Made by a program: the position numbers and the translations under genes. This document shows positions 19,428 through 28,569 of a DNA stretch of 64,000 nt, one piece after another. The first letter of the stretch is position 1. Each line of letters begins with the position of its first letter. This DNA is from a bacterium (GTDB lineage Bacteria; Patescibacteriota; Patescibacteriia; UBA9570). The stretch lies in contig JAUYKW010000025.1 in assembly GCA_030698395.1 (NCBI GenBank), forward strand, positions 68,179 to 132,178. Direction: 5' to 3'. The notes under the pieces are model-generated. The model worked only from the letters and a program-made list of their open reading frames with translations, was not told the origin of the DNA and did not search any database.

Positions 19428-19751
19428 TTATGCCATGGACTCATCCAAGGCTGCTTTGAGATCTTCCTTTGATTGTACACCAACCATTTGCTTCACTGGT
19501 TCACCGTCCTTAAAAACAATCAATGTAGGAACGCTCATAATTTGATATTGACCAGGAGTCTGCTCATTTGCATCCACCTCTAACTTTGCAATTTTTACAC
19601 CTTTATCTTTATACTCCTCAGCTACCTCTTCAACGATAGGTGATAACATTTTGCATGGTCCACACCAACTTGCCCAAAAATCAACCAGCACAGGAACATC
19701 AGATTCTAATACCTCTTTTTTAAAATTGTCATCTGTTAACTCTAATACCAT
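19428..19751 (-). CDS. trxA: Thioredoxin
   Basis: VDFWASWCGPCK, SVPTL. Confidence 0.97.
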   Translation of the reverse strand: MVLELTDDNFKKEVLESDVPVLVDFWASWCGPCKMLSPIVEEVAEEYKDKGVKIAKLEVDANEQTPGQYQIMSVPTLIVFKDGEPVKQMVGVQSKEDLKAALDESMA

Positions 19752-19776
19752 AATATATAATAATATGAATTAATTA

Positions 19777-19827
19777 CCCCTTAGAGATGGCTAACCACGT
19801 ACCTTTCAGTACGTGGTATTGAACGCC
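19777..19827. repeat. Isolated palindrome resembling an IS200/IS605-type end remnant
   Basis: ACCACGTAC-ctttca-GTACGTGGT perfect 9-bp stem with no U-tract. Confidence 0.3.
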
Positions 19828-19852
19828 ACAATGGTAAATCTATGTTAGCACT

Positions 19853-21106
19853 TTAGCGAATTTTGATCAATTTTACTCGCTTAATTTTTGTCTCTTCAGC
19901 CTCTTCAATAATTATCTTCACATTATTAATAGTCAGTTCGTCCCCTTTCTCTGGCACGATTCCTAATTCTTTCAATATTACCCAGGCAATACTCTTATGA
20001 TTAGACTCTCCTAGATCTACCGCCAGATGATCTTCAATATCCGACACATCAACATCTCCATCTACAATAATAGTTTTTTTATTTACTTGTTTTATTACAT
20101 CACTACCTTCATCCTGTTCATCAATTATCTCGCCAACTATTTCTTCTAAAATATCTTCCAATGTAACGAGTCCTCTTGTTTCACCAAACTCATTAACTAC
20201 TATCGCAATATGCTTTGTTTCTTTTTGAAAGGATCTCAACAAATCATCTAATGGTTTCTCTTCAGGTACAAATATAGCTGGTTTGATTAAATTCCGAATA
20301 CTAACTTCATTAATATCTCCCGTTCCAAAATCAACTAGTGCCTCCATTACATCCTTCGTATATATTATTCCTTCAATATTATCAATATTTCCTGAATACA
20401 CTGGGAATCGAGAAAATCCAGTTTCAACCATAATCTTCATTACTTCTCTAGAGCCCTGAGCAATATTAACAGAGACCATATCTGTTGAATGAGTCATGAC
20501 ATCCTCAGCAGTAACATCATTTAAGGTAAATATTTTTTCAATCATTTCACGCTCATCTGCCTCAACAGTACCTGATTCCGATCCCATATAAACCATTGCT
20601 TTTACCTCTTCTTCAGAAACACCCTCCATTGTCCCATCGCCACCAGCAATTAAGTTTGCTAATTTTGCCAATAATTCTAGTATGAAAGAAAAGGGGGTAA
20701 AAATAGTTAATAAAAAACTTGTCACAGGACTCGTCCAACGCGCAATTGAATCTGCATTTCTTTGTGCTAATGATTTTGGAATAATTTCTCCAGCAATTAA
20801 AATTATCAACGTCATGATTCCGGTTGCAATACCAACTCCACTAGATCCAAAAGTTTCAATGGCTAGCATTGTAGCGATTGAAGCAGCACCAATATTTACC
20901 AAATTATTACCAATTAAAATTGTTACTAACAATTTCTCTGGCTTACTTTTAATTTCCAATACTCGCCGTGCCTGTTTACCAACTCTACCTTCTTCGAGTG
21001 ACAAACTACGCAACTTTGCTTCACTAATAGAAAACAGGGCAATTTCAAGCCCTGAAAAAAATGCCGATAAGATTACTAAAACTATTAATATTGGGATTTC
21101 TTGCAT
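19853..21106 (-). CDS. Hemolysin/CorB-type CNNM-CBS-CorC transporter-associated protein
   Basis: SAFFSGLEIALFS, TILIGNNLVN, GEIIPKS, GFSRFPV, VTLEDILEEIVGEI. Confidence 0.92.
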   Translation of the reverse strand: MQEIPILIVLVILSAFFSGLEIALFSISEAKLRSLSLEEGRVGKQARRVLEIKSKPEKLLVTILIGNNLVNIGAASIATMLAIETFGSSGVGIATGIMTLIILIAGEIIPKSLAQRNADSIARWTSPVTSFLLTIFTPFSFILELLAKLANLIAGGDGTMEGVSEEEVKAMVYMGSESGTVEADEREMIEKIFTLNDVTAEDVMTHSTDMVSVNIAQGSREVMKIMVETGFSRFPVYSGNIDNIEGIIYTKDVMEALVDFGTGDINEVSIRNLIKPAIFVPEEKPLDDLLRSFQKETKHIAIVVNEFGETRGLVTLEDILEEIVGEIIDEQDEGSDVIKQVNKKTIIVDGDVDVSDIEDHLAVDLGESNHKSIAWVILKELGIVPEKGDELTINNVKIIIEEAEETKIKRVKLIKIR

Positions 21107-21150
21107 GTATTTATCTATTTAAATATACCATCAATTACTCATAAAGTCAA

Positions 21151-21777
21151 CTATTCAAAAAGGTCTCTTCCTACACGAACAATTGTCGCTCCTTCTTCTA
21201 TGGCCACCTTCCAATCAGTACTCATTCCCATAGACAATTCCCGTACTTGAAGTTTTTCTTGCAACTCCTTCATTTGCTTAAAATGAACTCTTGTTTGTGC
21301 AATTTTTTGTTGTGCAGTGATAGTCATGATTCCATCTATGGTTATATTGCTTAATTTCTTTAATTCAGGGAATATTCTAATACTCTCCTCATAAGTAAAG
21401 CCGTATTTATTATTATCTTCACTAATATTTATCTGAATATAAATTGAAATTACTTTGTTTGCATTAATGGCAGCTTGATTAATTTTTTCTGCTAACTTCA
21501 AACTATCAACAGTTTCTACACAGTCAAAAACAGCAACAACATCAACTACCTTATTAGTTTGTAGGTGACCAATAAAATGTTTCTCAATACTTTCAGGATA
21601 TAAATGAATTCTATCTTTTGCTTCTTGCCATCTACTTTCACCAATTAAATCAATGCCATATTTATTAAGTGCTGATTTAACATCAGTCATGGCACGATTT
21701 TTTACTACTGCCATAAGCCGTACTTGATCAGTACTATAAATATTGTACGACTCTTGTTCTTTGCTAAGACTGGCCAT
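21151..21777 (-). CDS. yggS: PLP homeostasis protein (YggS family)
   Basis: MAVVK, HFIGHLQTNK, LSMGMSTDW..AIEEGATIVRVGR. Confidence 0.92.
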   Translation of the reverse strand: MASLSKEQESYNIYSTDQVRLMAVVKNRAMTDVKSALNKYGIDLIGESRWQEAKDRIHLYPESIEKHFIGHLQTNKVVDVVAVFDCVETVDSLKLAEKINQAAINANKVISIYIQINISEDNNKYGFTYEESIRIFPELKKLSNITIDGIMTITAQQKIAQTRVHFKQMKELQEKLQVRELSMGMSTDWKVAIEEGATIVRVGRDLFE

Positions 21778-21897
21778 TTTAATAGGGTAACAAATTATAT
21801 TTTACTATTATTTTCATATATCTAAAGCATACCATAATAATACCATTAATTCATCACTTCACTTTATGTATGTTTCTTTTTACACGACTCACGTAAT

Positions 21898-21913
21898 TGT
21901 TCTACGTGGAACA
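21898..21913. promoter_or_regulatory. parS site 1
   Basis: TGTTCTACGTGGAACA matches the parS consensus TGTTNCACGTGNAACA with one mismatch. Confidence 0.75.
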
Positions 21914-21922
21914 TCGATAATG

Positions 21923-21995
21923 TGGACCATACTGGAGTCGAACCAGCGACCTCTCCCATGCCATGGGAGCGCTCTACCAACTGAGCTAATGGCCC
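21923..21995 (-). tRNA. tRNA-Ala(GGC)
   Basis: GGGCCATTAGCTCAGTTGGTAGAGCG..., anticodon arm CTCCC-ATGGCAT-GGGAG, G3:U70 pair, GTTCGAC T-loop. Confidence 0.95.
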
Positions 21996-22043
21996 AAATA
22001 TTTTACATGTATATGCTCAGAGTCAATCCTTAAATGCTTCTTA

Positions 22044-22096
22044 TCTACCTCAGCCGTAGGCTGATCCGCCTTTGGCGGAAACTGAGCTAATGGCCC
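22044..22096 (-). pseudogene. Duplicated 5' end of tRNA-Ala interrupted by a 30-bp double-palindrome insertion
   Basis: Minus strand GGGCCATTAGCTCAGTT[TCCGCCAAAGGCGGA TCAGCCTACGGCTGA]GGTAGA; the 23 flanking nt are identical to tRNA-Ala positions 1-23. Confidence 0.8.
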
Positions 22097-22284
22097 TGAA
22101 AAGTTGCTTTGCTACTGAACCGACAAAACGTTTCCTAAGTGAAAAATGCTTATTAGTTCAAATGCTAGTAACTCTTCTTTATATTTATATCAGAGTCTGT
22201 CTAGTTTATCCAAGTATCTGACAGATAGCAAGTCTGTAAAAAAAACCGTTTCTTGAAACATTTACTTAAAAAGCTTCAACGGAT

Positions 22285-22300
22285 TGTTCCACGTGGAACA
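22285..22300. promoter_or_regulatory. parS site 2
   Basis: Perfect palindrome TGTTCCACGTGGAACA. Confidence 0.85.
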
Positions 22301-22672
22301 TTAACGCGCAAAAAAAATAAAATCTCCCTCCTGTATATCTTTCAAAATTTCAGAAGTTCCAACAATTTTTGCAAACGCATTAATTGGCACCAAAGCACGT
22401 GGTTCACCAGCGTGACTAGCCGGAGTTGCACCAAAGAAAATAGCAATAGCAGATCCTTCAACCCAAAAACCAATTTCACCTTCATGCATCACTTCACGGG
22501 CGTCTTCCTCAATTTCAACTCCGATTATTGGAACGTCAAAATATAATTCATCACCCCAACGCTGTACATTACTTGCAAGAGGTAATTGATCATATACAAT
22601 ATGAGCAGTAACAGAGTCATAGAACTCTATATCTAACTTCAAATTACTAATTTCGATGTATGCAGTCTTCAT
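22301..22672 (-). CDS. Cyclophilin-like fold protein (TM1367/DUF369-like)
   Basis: LPLASNVQRWGDELYF, GEIGFWVEGSAIAIFFGATPAS..EPR. Confidence 0.8.
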   Translation of the reverse strand: MKTAYIEISNLKLDIEFYDSVTAHIVYDQLPLASNVQRWGDELYFDVPIIGVEIEEDAREVMHEGEIGFWVEGSAIAIFFGATPASHAGEPRALVPINAFAKIVGTSEILKDIQEGDFIFFAR

Positions 22673-22680
22673 TTAAATAT

Positions 22681-22696
22681 TGTTCTACGTAGAACA
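22681..22696. promoter_or_regulatory. parS site 3
   Basis: Perfect palindrome TGTTCTACGTAGAACA. Confidence 0.7.
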
Positions 22697-22700
22697 TTTG

Positions 22701-22773
22701 TGCCCCCACCACGACTCGAACGTGGATTTAAGGCTTAGGAGTCCCTTGTTCTATCCTGTTGAACTATGGGGGC
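22701..22773 (-). tRNA. tRNA-Arg(CCT)
   Basis: GCCCCCATAGTTCAACAGGATAGAAC..., anticodon loop CT-CCT-AA, T arm CCACG-TTCGAGT-CGTGG. Confidence 0.9.
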
Positions 22774-22816
22774 AATTATTTTGCCAATGTTAGCACAAAA
22801 TAAGAGTCGTACAATA

Positions 22817-22978
22817 TTATCCTAATAGAGTACTATAAACCTTCTGTGCAAAAAGAGAAAAATTACCCGTTGCATTGTCATATACATACAAACTAGCAAC
22901 TACACCTACGGCAATAAGTGAAATCACTGCAAATTGAATTAAGTCTCGCACAATAAAATTTTGAATTCCTTCTTTCAT
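22817..22978 (-). CDS. Small 53-aa single-TM hypothetical protein (MKEGIQNFIVRDLIQFAVISLIAVGVVASLYVYD...)
   Basis: Manual translation; clean hydrophobic helix; below the ORF-track length cutoff. Confidence 0.5.
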   Translation of the reverse strand: MKEGIQNFIVRDLIQFAVISLIAVGVVASLYVYDNATGNFSLFAQKVYSTLLG

Positions 22979-23139
22979 GATTCTATTGTAGCATGGATGC
23001 TACTAATGCCAAGTTTATTTTTTTACAATCACAACATTTTAATACAAAATTTTGTGCAGGGTTTACATCTTACACAGTGTACGATAAATTACTTAGACAC
23101 ATGGATAACTTTATTTAAAAAATATAAATCAAATAAACA

Positions 23140-23544
23140 ATGTTCAATCCTAAAGAAGAGGGCATGATGGACGACGCCCCAGAAACCATCATCGGACAGG
23201 CTGTTCGCGTAGAAGGAGTTTTTTCAGGTTCAGGTAATGTAACGGTCTATGGAGAGGTTGTTGGGACATTCACAACTTCAGGTGATTTAATAGTAGAAGA
23301 CACTGCAAAAATTGAAGCTGATGTTGAGGCAAATAACATTACAGTATCTGGAGAAATTCATGGAAAAATAAAATGTCATGGCCAATTGAACTTATTAGCT
23401 TCTGGAAAAATTTACGGGGACGTACAGAGCGAAGTATTCTCAGTTGAAACCGGCGCAATTTTACAAGGACAATGCGTCACAGGGAATGGAGGAGGAACTG
23501 TAGAGCATGAAGAACCAACAGAAGAGGAAGTAAACGAGGAATAG
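23140..23544 (+). CDS. Bactofilin (polymer-forming cytoskeletal protein, CcmA family)
   Basis: ETIIGQAVRVEG, V.GEV.G, IEADVEA, G.IHG, VETGAILQG. Confidence 0.9.
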   Translation: MFNPKEEGMMDDAPETIIGQAVRVEGVFSGSGNVTVYGEVVGTFTTSGDLIVEDTAKIEADVEANNITVSGEIHGKIKCHGQLNLLASGKIYGDVQSEVFSVETGAILQGQCVTGNGGGTVEHEEPTEEEVNEE

Positions 23545-23553
23545 GTCCGTCGT

Positions 23554-24333
23554 ATGTTCTTCTATCTATACGATACTTTTGTCCTTGAAAAAAAACACGA
23601 AAACACACTAACCGGTGTAGAAAACAGAATCATTGAACTTGGAATCAATGGTAGAGTAGAAAAATTAACAGCTCTTCGAAACATGAAGGAGCTTCTGGAA
23701 AGCGCTGTTAAACAGGAGGCTCATACTATAGTTGTAGTTGGGGATGATGCTACATTTGTAAAAGCAATAAATATTCTAGCTCAACAAGATGTTACTATTG
23801 GCTATATACCTTTTAGTGATCAATCAAATCTTGCTCAAATTTTCGGAATTCCAGACACCTTTGAGGCGTGCAATATTTTATCTCGTCGAATTATAAAAAC
23901 ATTTGATTTAGGAAAAGCAAATCAAAACTATTTTCTCACAGCTGCTATCGCAGAAAACTGTAAAGGACTCCAAATTAAATGTAATGATCAATACACAATT
24001 TCGTTTCCCAAGCATCAGGCTCAAGCTAGTTTTTTAAACCTGGGCAATGTCTTACAACAACCCTTTGATGAGACTTCTATTCGTAATACTACAAATAAGC
24101 AATTAATATTGGAAATAACAGAACCAATAAAAAAATCACGCTTTCGTAGAAAAAATACTGAAATAAACGAACCTATTCCAACGCAGTTACCCTTACAAAA
24201 GGCGACTCTAGATCATGAATCTGAGCCAATTGAAATCCGGCTTGATAATGAAACCACCCTAAAAACACCTATATCGATTACCGTAAAGCCAAAAAGTCTC
24301 AAGGCTATAGTTGGTAAAGAGCGCTTAATTTAA
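23554..24333 (+). CDS. Diacylglycerol-kinase-like fold protein (degenerate)
   Basis: IVVVGDDATF (GGDGT variant), IGYIPF..SNLAQIFGIP, FDLGKAN. Confidence 0.7.
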   Translation: MFFYLYDTFVLEKKHENTLTGVENRIIELGINGRVEKLTALRNMKELLESAVKQEAHTIVVVGDDATFVKAINILAQQDVTIGYIPFSDQSNLAQIFGIPDTFEACNILSRRIIKTFDLGKANQNYFLTAAIAENCKGLQIKCNDQYTISFPKHQAQASFLNLGNVLQQPFDETSIRNTTNKQLILEITEPIKKSRFRRKNTEINEPIPTQLPLQKATLDHESEPIEIRLDNETTLKTPISITVKPKSLKAIVGKERLI

Positions 24334-24423
24334 ATAAATAGATTAAAAACAACACACACCAAAAGCTTTGGTAAGCTTTATAATATTGACATTTTAAGCC
24401 AAAATCTGTAACTTACATAAGTT

Positions 24424-26403
24424 ATGAACGTAACAGAAATTGTACGCGAACTTAAAATGACCAAGGATGAGTTCTTTCCTCTAGCGAAAGAGCTTGGTTT
24501 TGATATTGGGGAACGCGCCATCAAGGTCGATGACATGATTGCAGTAAAATTAATCGCAGCAATTAAGAAAAATCATAAACAATCAAAGAAGAAAAGTTTA
24601 TTTGAACATGAAAAAGAAGTAGAAGAAATAGTTGAAGAAGGACCACCTACAGAAAAAGAAATTCTTGAAGTAACAAATCCAATCACTACCAAACAATTTG
24701 CTGACTTAATGGAAAAATCAGTCACTGAAGTAATTGCTGTGCTAGTTCAAAATGGCATCATGGCCACTATTAATCAAAATTTAGATTTTGAAACTGTCAC
24801 TATCATTGCTGAAGATATGGGATATAAAACTGTGCTAGTTGATGACTCCAATGATAAAACCGTAGAAAAAGAAAGAGAAGAACAATTAGAAACTGCGTTA
24901 TCCAAAGATACAAAATCTCAACTAGAAAACAGACCCCCTATAGTTGTAGTCATGGGTCACGTTGATCATGGAAAAACAAAATTATTAGACGCTCTCCGCC
25001 AAACTGATATTGTTGCTGAAGAAGCTGGTGGAATTACTCAAAGTATTGGTGCATATCAAATAACACATAAAGATAGAACTGTAACTTTTATCGATACTCC
25101 TGGTCATGAAGCATTTACAGCTATGCGTTCCCGAGGAGCTAATGTTGCTGACTTAGCCATTCTTGTAATTGCAGCCGATGATGGCGTGAAACCACAAACT
25201 ATGGAAGCAATAGAAATTCTTGAAAAGGCCAAGCTTCCTTTTATTGTAGCAATTAATAAAATTGATAAGCCAGACGCTGATATAGATAATGTAAAAAAGG
25301 GTTTATCTGAATTAAGCTTAATCCCAGAAGATTGGGGTGGAACAACAATTTGTGTACCAGTATCAGCAAAGGCTAAACAAAATATTGATGAACTACTAGA
25401 AATGGTACTACTAGTAGCAGATATGAATAAGGACACCATTCAGGCTAACCCAAATCGTGATGCAGTTGGTACTATTATCGAATCAAAAATCGATAAAGAT
25501 ACTGGAGCAGTTGCAACTGTATTAATTCAAACTGGAACACTCCGCGTTGGTGATATTGTTCAAACTGGTGATGTTAATGGAAAAATAAAAGCTTTGAAAA
25601 CATGGAAGGGAGAAAAAGTCACAGCAGCAGCACCTTCAATGCCAGTAGAGTTTTTAGGCCTTAAAGGAGCGCCTGTGGTTGGAGATATTCTTACAGTAAT
25701 TGATAAAAAAGATTTAAAGAAACAAAAAAAATCTTACCAATCATTTGGTTATCTCAAAGACGCTACAGCTCAAGTTGAGTCTAATAAGACAAAATTAAAA
25801 GTAATATTAAAAGCAGATACCCTTGGATCTCTAGAAGCTGTGACGGAATCTCTGAAAAAAATTAACTATGAAGAAGTAGAAGTAGAAATTATCAAAAGTG
25901 GTTTAGGAAATTTCACAGAAAAAGATATTGATCAAGCTGTAGCTGCAAAAGCAAAACTAATTGGCTTTAATGTAAATATGAGTCCAGTTGCTGCAGATTA
26001 TGCTCTTGGTACTCAAACCAAGGAACAATCATTCTCGATAATCTATAAACTAATAGAGCATATAGAAGAACAGTTAGGTGATCTCTTAGAACCTGAAATT
26101 GTATACAATAAAATTGGTGAAATTAAAGTATTGGCGATATTCAAACGAACTGCCAAAACAACCATTGTTGGCGGACGTGTTCAAAGTGGTCTTATTAAAA
26201 ATAAAGCAATTGCCAAAGTAGTACGTAATGAAAAAATTATCGGGGAAGCAACAGTTTCTCAACTAAGGGTTGGTCCCAAAAATGTATCAGAAGTAACATC
26301 TGGTAGTGAGTGTGGCATCAGTATTGATACAGCAGTAGAGGCAGAGATTGATGATATTATAGAAATATATCAATCTGAAGAGAAAAAAAGAATCCTTAAA
26401 TAA
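24424..26403 (+). CDS. infB: Translation initiation factor IF-2
   Basis: RPPIVVVMGHVDHGKT, GGITQ, DTPGHEAF, AINKID. Confidence 0.97.
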   Translation: MNVTEIVRELKMTKDEFFPLAKELGFDIGERAIKVDDMIAVKLIAAIKKNHKQSKKKSLFEHEKEVEEIVEEGPPTEKEILEVTNPITTKQFADLMEKSVTEVIAVLVQNGIMATINQNLDFETVTIIAEDMGYKTVLVDDSNDKTVEKEREEQLETALSKDTKSQLENRPPIVVVMGHVDHGKTKLLDALRQTDIVAEEAGGITQSIGAYQITHKDRTVTFIDTPGHEAFTAMRSRGANVADLAILVIAADDGVKPQTMEAIEILEKAKLPFIVAINKIDKPDADIDNVKKGLSELSLIPEDWGGTTICVPVSAKAKQNIDELLEMVLLVADMNKDTIQANPNRDAVGTIIESKIDKDTGAVATVLIQTGTLRVGDIVQTGDVNGKIKALKTWKGEKVTAAAPSMPVEFLGLKGAPVVGDILTVIDKKDLKKQKKSYQSFGYLKDATAQVESNKTKLKVILKADTLGSLEAVTESLKKINYEEVEVEIIKSGLGNFTEKDIDQAVAAKAKLIGFNVNMSPVAADYALGTQTKEQSFSIIYKLIEHIEEQLGDLLEPEIVYNKIGEIKVLAIFKRTAKTTIVGGRVQSGLIKNKAIAKVVRNEKIIGEATVSQLRVGPKNVSEVTSGSECGISIDTAVEAEIDDIIEIYQSEEKKRILK

Positions 26404-26409
26404 ACTTGT

Positions 26410-26754
26410 ATGAGTGCAAATCGCATGGATCAAATCAACGAATTGCTGCGATCTGAATTAGCGCTTCAAATTAGTCGATCCGTAGAGTTGCCAGATGGAT
26501 CAGTAGTATCAATTACAAAAGTAAGAACATCTCCAGACTTACGTCATGCTTCAGTTTTTGTAACAATTATGCCAGACAAACTATCAGGTACAATCTTAAA
26601 AACTCTTAAAAAAGAATTGTTTAATATTGGCCAAGAAATAGCGCCAAAATTATCATTACGAAATTTCCCTCGTCTCCAAGTTAAAATTGACGAAACCGAA
26701 CGATCCGCTGCCCATATCGAAAACCTCCTTGACAAAATCAAGGAAAACCAGTAG
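26410..26754 (+). CDS. rbfA: Ribosome-binding factor A
   Basis: SITKVRTSPDLRHASVFV, LRNFPRL; follows infB. Confidence 0.9.
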   Translation: MSANRMDQINELLRSELALQISRSVELPDGSVVSITKVRTSPDLRHASVFVTIMPDKLSGTILKTLKKELFNIGQEIAPKLSLRNFPRLQVKIDETERSAAHIENLLDKIKENQ

Positions 26755-26765
26755 GGTTGTCCGTT

Positions 26766-27749
26766 ATGGTAAACCATACACACAAAGAAATTCTTCAGCA
26801 AATCGACCATGCTCAGCATGTTGTTTTGGTATCGCACCGTGGTCCAGACGGAGACACAGTTGGATCGGCATTAGCTTTGCAACAATATATTGATGCTTTA
26901 GGGAAAAAAGTTACTTGTTATTGCGTAAATGAAACCCCTCCTCACTTAGGCTTTCTGCTAAACTCAGAAAAAATTGGTCCACATAATACTGTTTGGAATG
27001 ATGACACCGTTGATCTTGTAATTGTATTAGATTCAGGTGATTTGGTGCACGCTGGAGTTGCTGAATATATACCCAATGGCCCAGACCGAAAATGGCCAGT
27101 AATTTGTATCGACCACCACATAACAAATAAACAATATGGTGATTTTAATTTAATCAATAGTGAAGCATCCTCAACATGCGAAATCGTTTATGGATTACTC
27201 GAAGACACAAATGCAATCAACAAAGACATCGCCACTTGTTTATTAACTGGCTTAATCACTGATACCGGAAGCTTTTCCAACCTAGCTACAACTGCTAGTT
27301 CTGTTCACACTGCATCAAAGCTTTTGTCTCTTGGTGCTAATCTTCAACAAATTGCAAAACACGCCCTAAACTATCGCCCCTATACAACATTGAAACTCTG
27401 GGGACGCGCTCTAGAGAGACTCCATGAAGATGAAAAAACTGGCATGATTGTAACTGTTATTACTCTAGATGATATCACTGAATGCAATGCTGATAGTGAA
27501 GCTGTTTCTGGTATATCAAATTTTTTAAATGATCTAGAACAAGCTGCGGAAAAGGCTATTATGGTACTAGCTCAAACTACTCCTGGTGTTATTAAAGCGA
27601 GTTTACGTACAACAAATCCATTGATTGATGTGTCTGAATTTGCTAAACTCAACGGAGGCGGTGGTCATAAAAAAGCTGCTGGCTTCACTATTAATGGAAC
27701 TTTAGAACATACAAATAATGGATATGAAATCATCAACAAGAGGGATTAA
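26766..27749 (+). CDS. nrnA: DHH/DHHA1 phosphoesterase (NrnA-like nanoRNase/pAp phosphatase)
   Basis: [32 protein letters not shown]. Confidence 0.9.
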   Translation: MVNHTHKEILQQIDHAQHVVLVSHRGPDGDTVGSALALQQYIDALGKKVTCYCVNETPPHLGFLLNSEKIGPHNTVWNDDTVDLVIVLDSGDLVHAGVAEYIPNGPDRKWPVICIDHHITNKQYGDFNLINSEASSTCEIVYGLLEDTNAINKDIATCLLTGLITDTGSFSNLATTASSVHTASKLLSLGANLQQIAKHALNYRPYTTLKLWGRALERLHEDEKTGMIVTVITLDDITECNADSEAVSGISNFLNDLEQAAEKAIMVLAQTTPGVIKASLRTTNPLIDVSEFAKLNGGGGHKKAAGFTINGTLEHTNNGYEIINKRD

Positions 27750-28320
27750 CCTAATACCAACTGTAATAGAAAAAACTTCCGAAGGGGAGCGTGCATATGA
27801 TATTTATTCTCGATTACTAAAAGAAAGAATTGTCTTTTTAGGAACACCTGTAACAGACGACATTGCTAATAGCATCATTGCACAACTATTATTTTTAGAA
27901 TCACAAAGCCCAAAACAAGATGTAACTCTTTATGTAAATTCTCCTGGTGGTTTAGTTACTGCGGGTTTAGCGGTCTACGATACAATGCAATATATAAAAT
28001 GTGACGTTTCCACAATTGTAGTTGGAACAGCTGCTTCTATGGCTGCAGTGTTATTAGCTGGTGGAACTGTTGGTAAGCGTTATTCTTTGCCCAACTCAGA
28101 AATCATGATTCACCAACCAATGGGTGGTGCGGAAGGGCAAGCATCTGATATAAAAATTCGTGCAGAACACATATTAAAGACCCGAGAACGTCTTAATAAT
28201 ATACTCACTAAACACACAAAACAGTCATTAAAACAGATAGAAATAGATACAGATCGTGATAAATTCATGAGTGCGGAAGATGCAAAAAAATACGGAATAA
28301 TAGACAAAATTATTTCATAA
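27718..28320 (+). CDS. clpP: ATP-dependent Clp protease proteolytic subunit
   Basis: [37 protein letters not shown]. Confidence 0.97.
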   Translation: MDMKSSTRGINLIPTVIEKTSEGERAYDIYSRLLKERIVFLGTPVTDDIANSIIAQLLFLESQSPKQDVTLYVNSPGGLVTAGLAVYDTMQYIKCDVSTIVVGTAASMAAVLLAGGTVGKRYSLPNSEIMIHQPMGGAEGQASDIKIRAEHILKTRERLNNILTKHTKQSLKQIEIDTDRDKFMSAEDAKKYGIIDKIIS

Positions 28321-28417
28321 ACCCTTTACACCTTATTACGAATCTGGTAGGCTAATTTTAGCTTATCTTTTAGAATTATCTTTCTTTATAGATAAGCTAT
28401 TATTAAAAAATTAGTCT

Positions 28418-28543
28418 GCAGACAAGCCCGAGGATTGCGCTTAACGCTAGAACTTGTAGAACAACACCATACATGACTACTCTCTATCAAAAAATACAAG
28501 ACACCCTCATAAATAAACTGACAATCTAGTTCAGTCTGTTTGC
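28418..28543 (+). ncRNA. Candidate 6S-RNA-like or structured leader RNA upstream of rny
   Basis: Ends GCAGACA/TGTTTGC, GGATTG/CAATCT and CTTGTA/TACAAG can pair into a rod with a central bubble; located upstream of rny. Confidence 0.3.
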
Positions 28544-28569
28544 TTGCCTGTTAAAACAGGAAAATAATT

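Noticed and set aside
20682-21122. 146-aa antisense ORF and other short antisense ORFs inside housekeeping genes
   Set aside because: They overlap well-supported genes on the opposite strand almost entirely; no independent evidence
22044-22096. tRNA-Ala duplicate considered as a prophage att site or an intron-containing tRNA
   Set aside because: It copies the 5' end only, no 3' half follows, only ~50 nt separate the copies and no integrase is nearby; kept as a pseudogene/insertion finding
21898-22696. Three 16-bp palindromes considered as CRISPR repeats
   Set aside because: Too short, ~390-bp spacing with genes in between, no cas genes; they match parS. No CRISPR array was seen in the window
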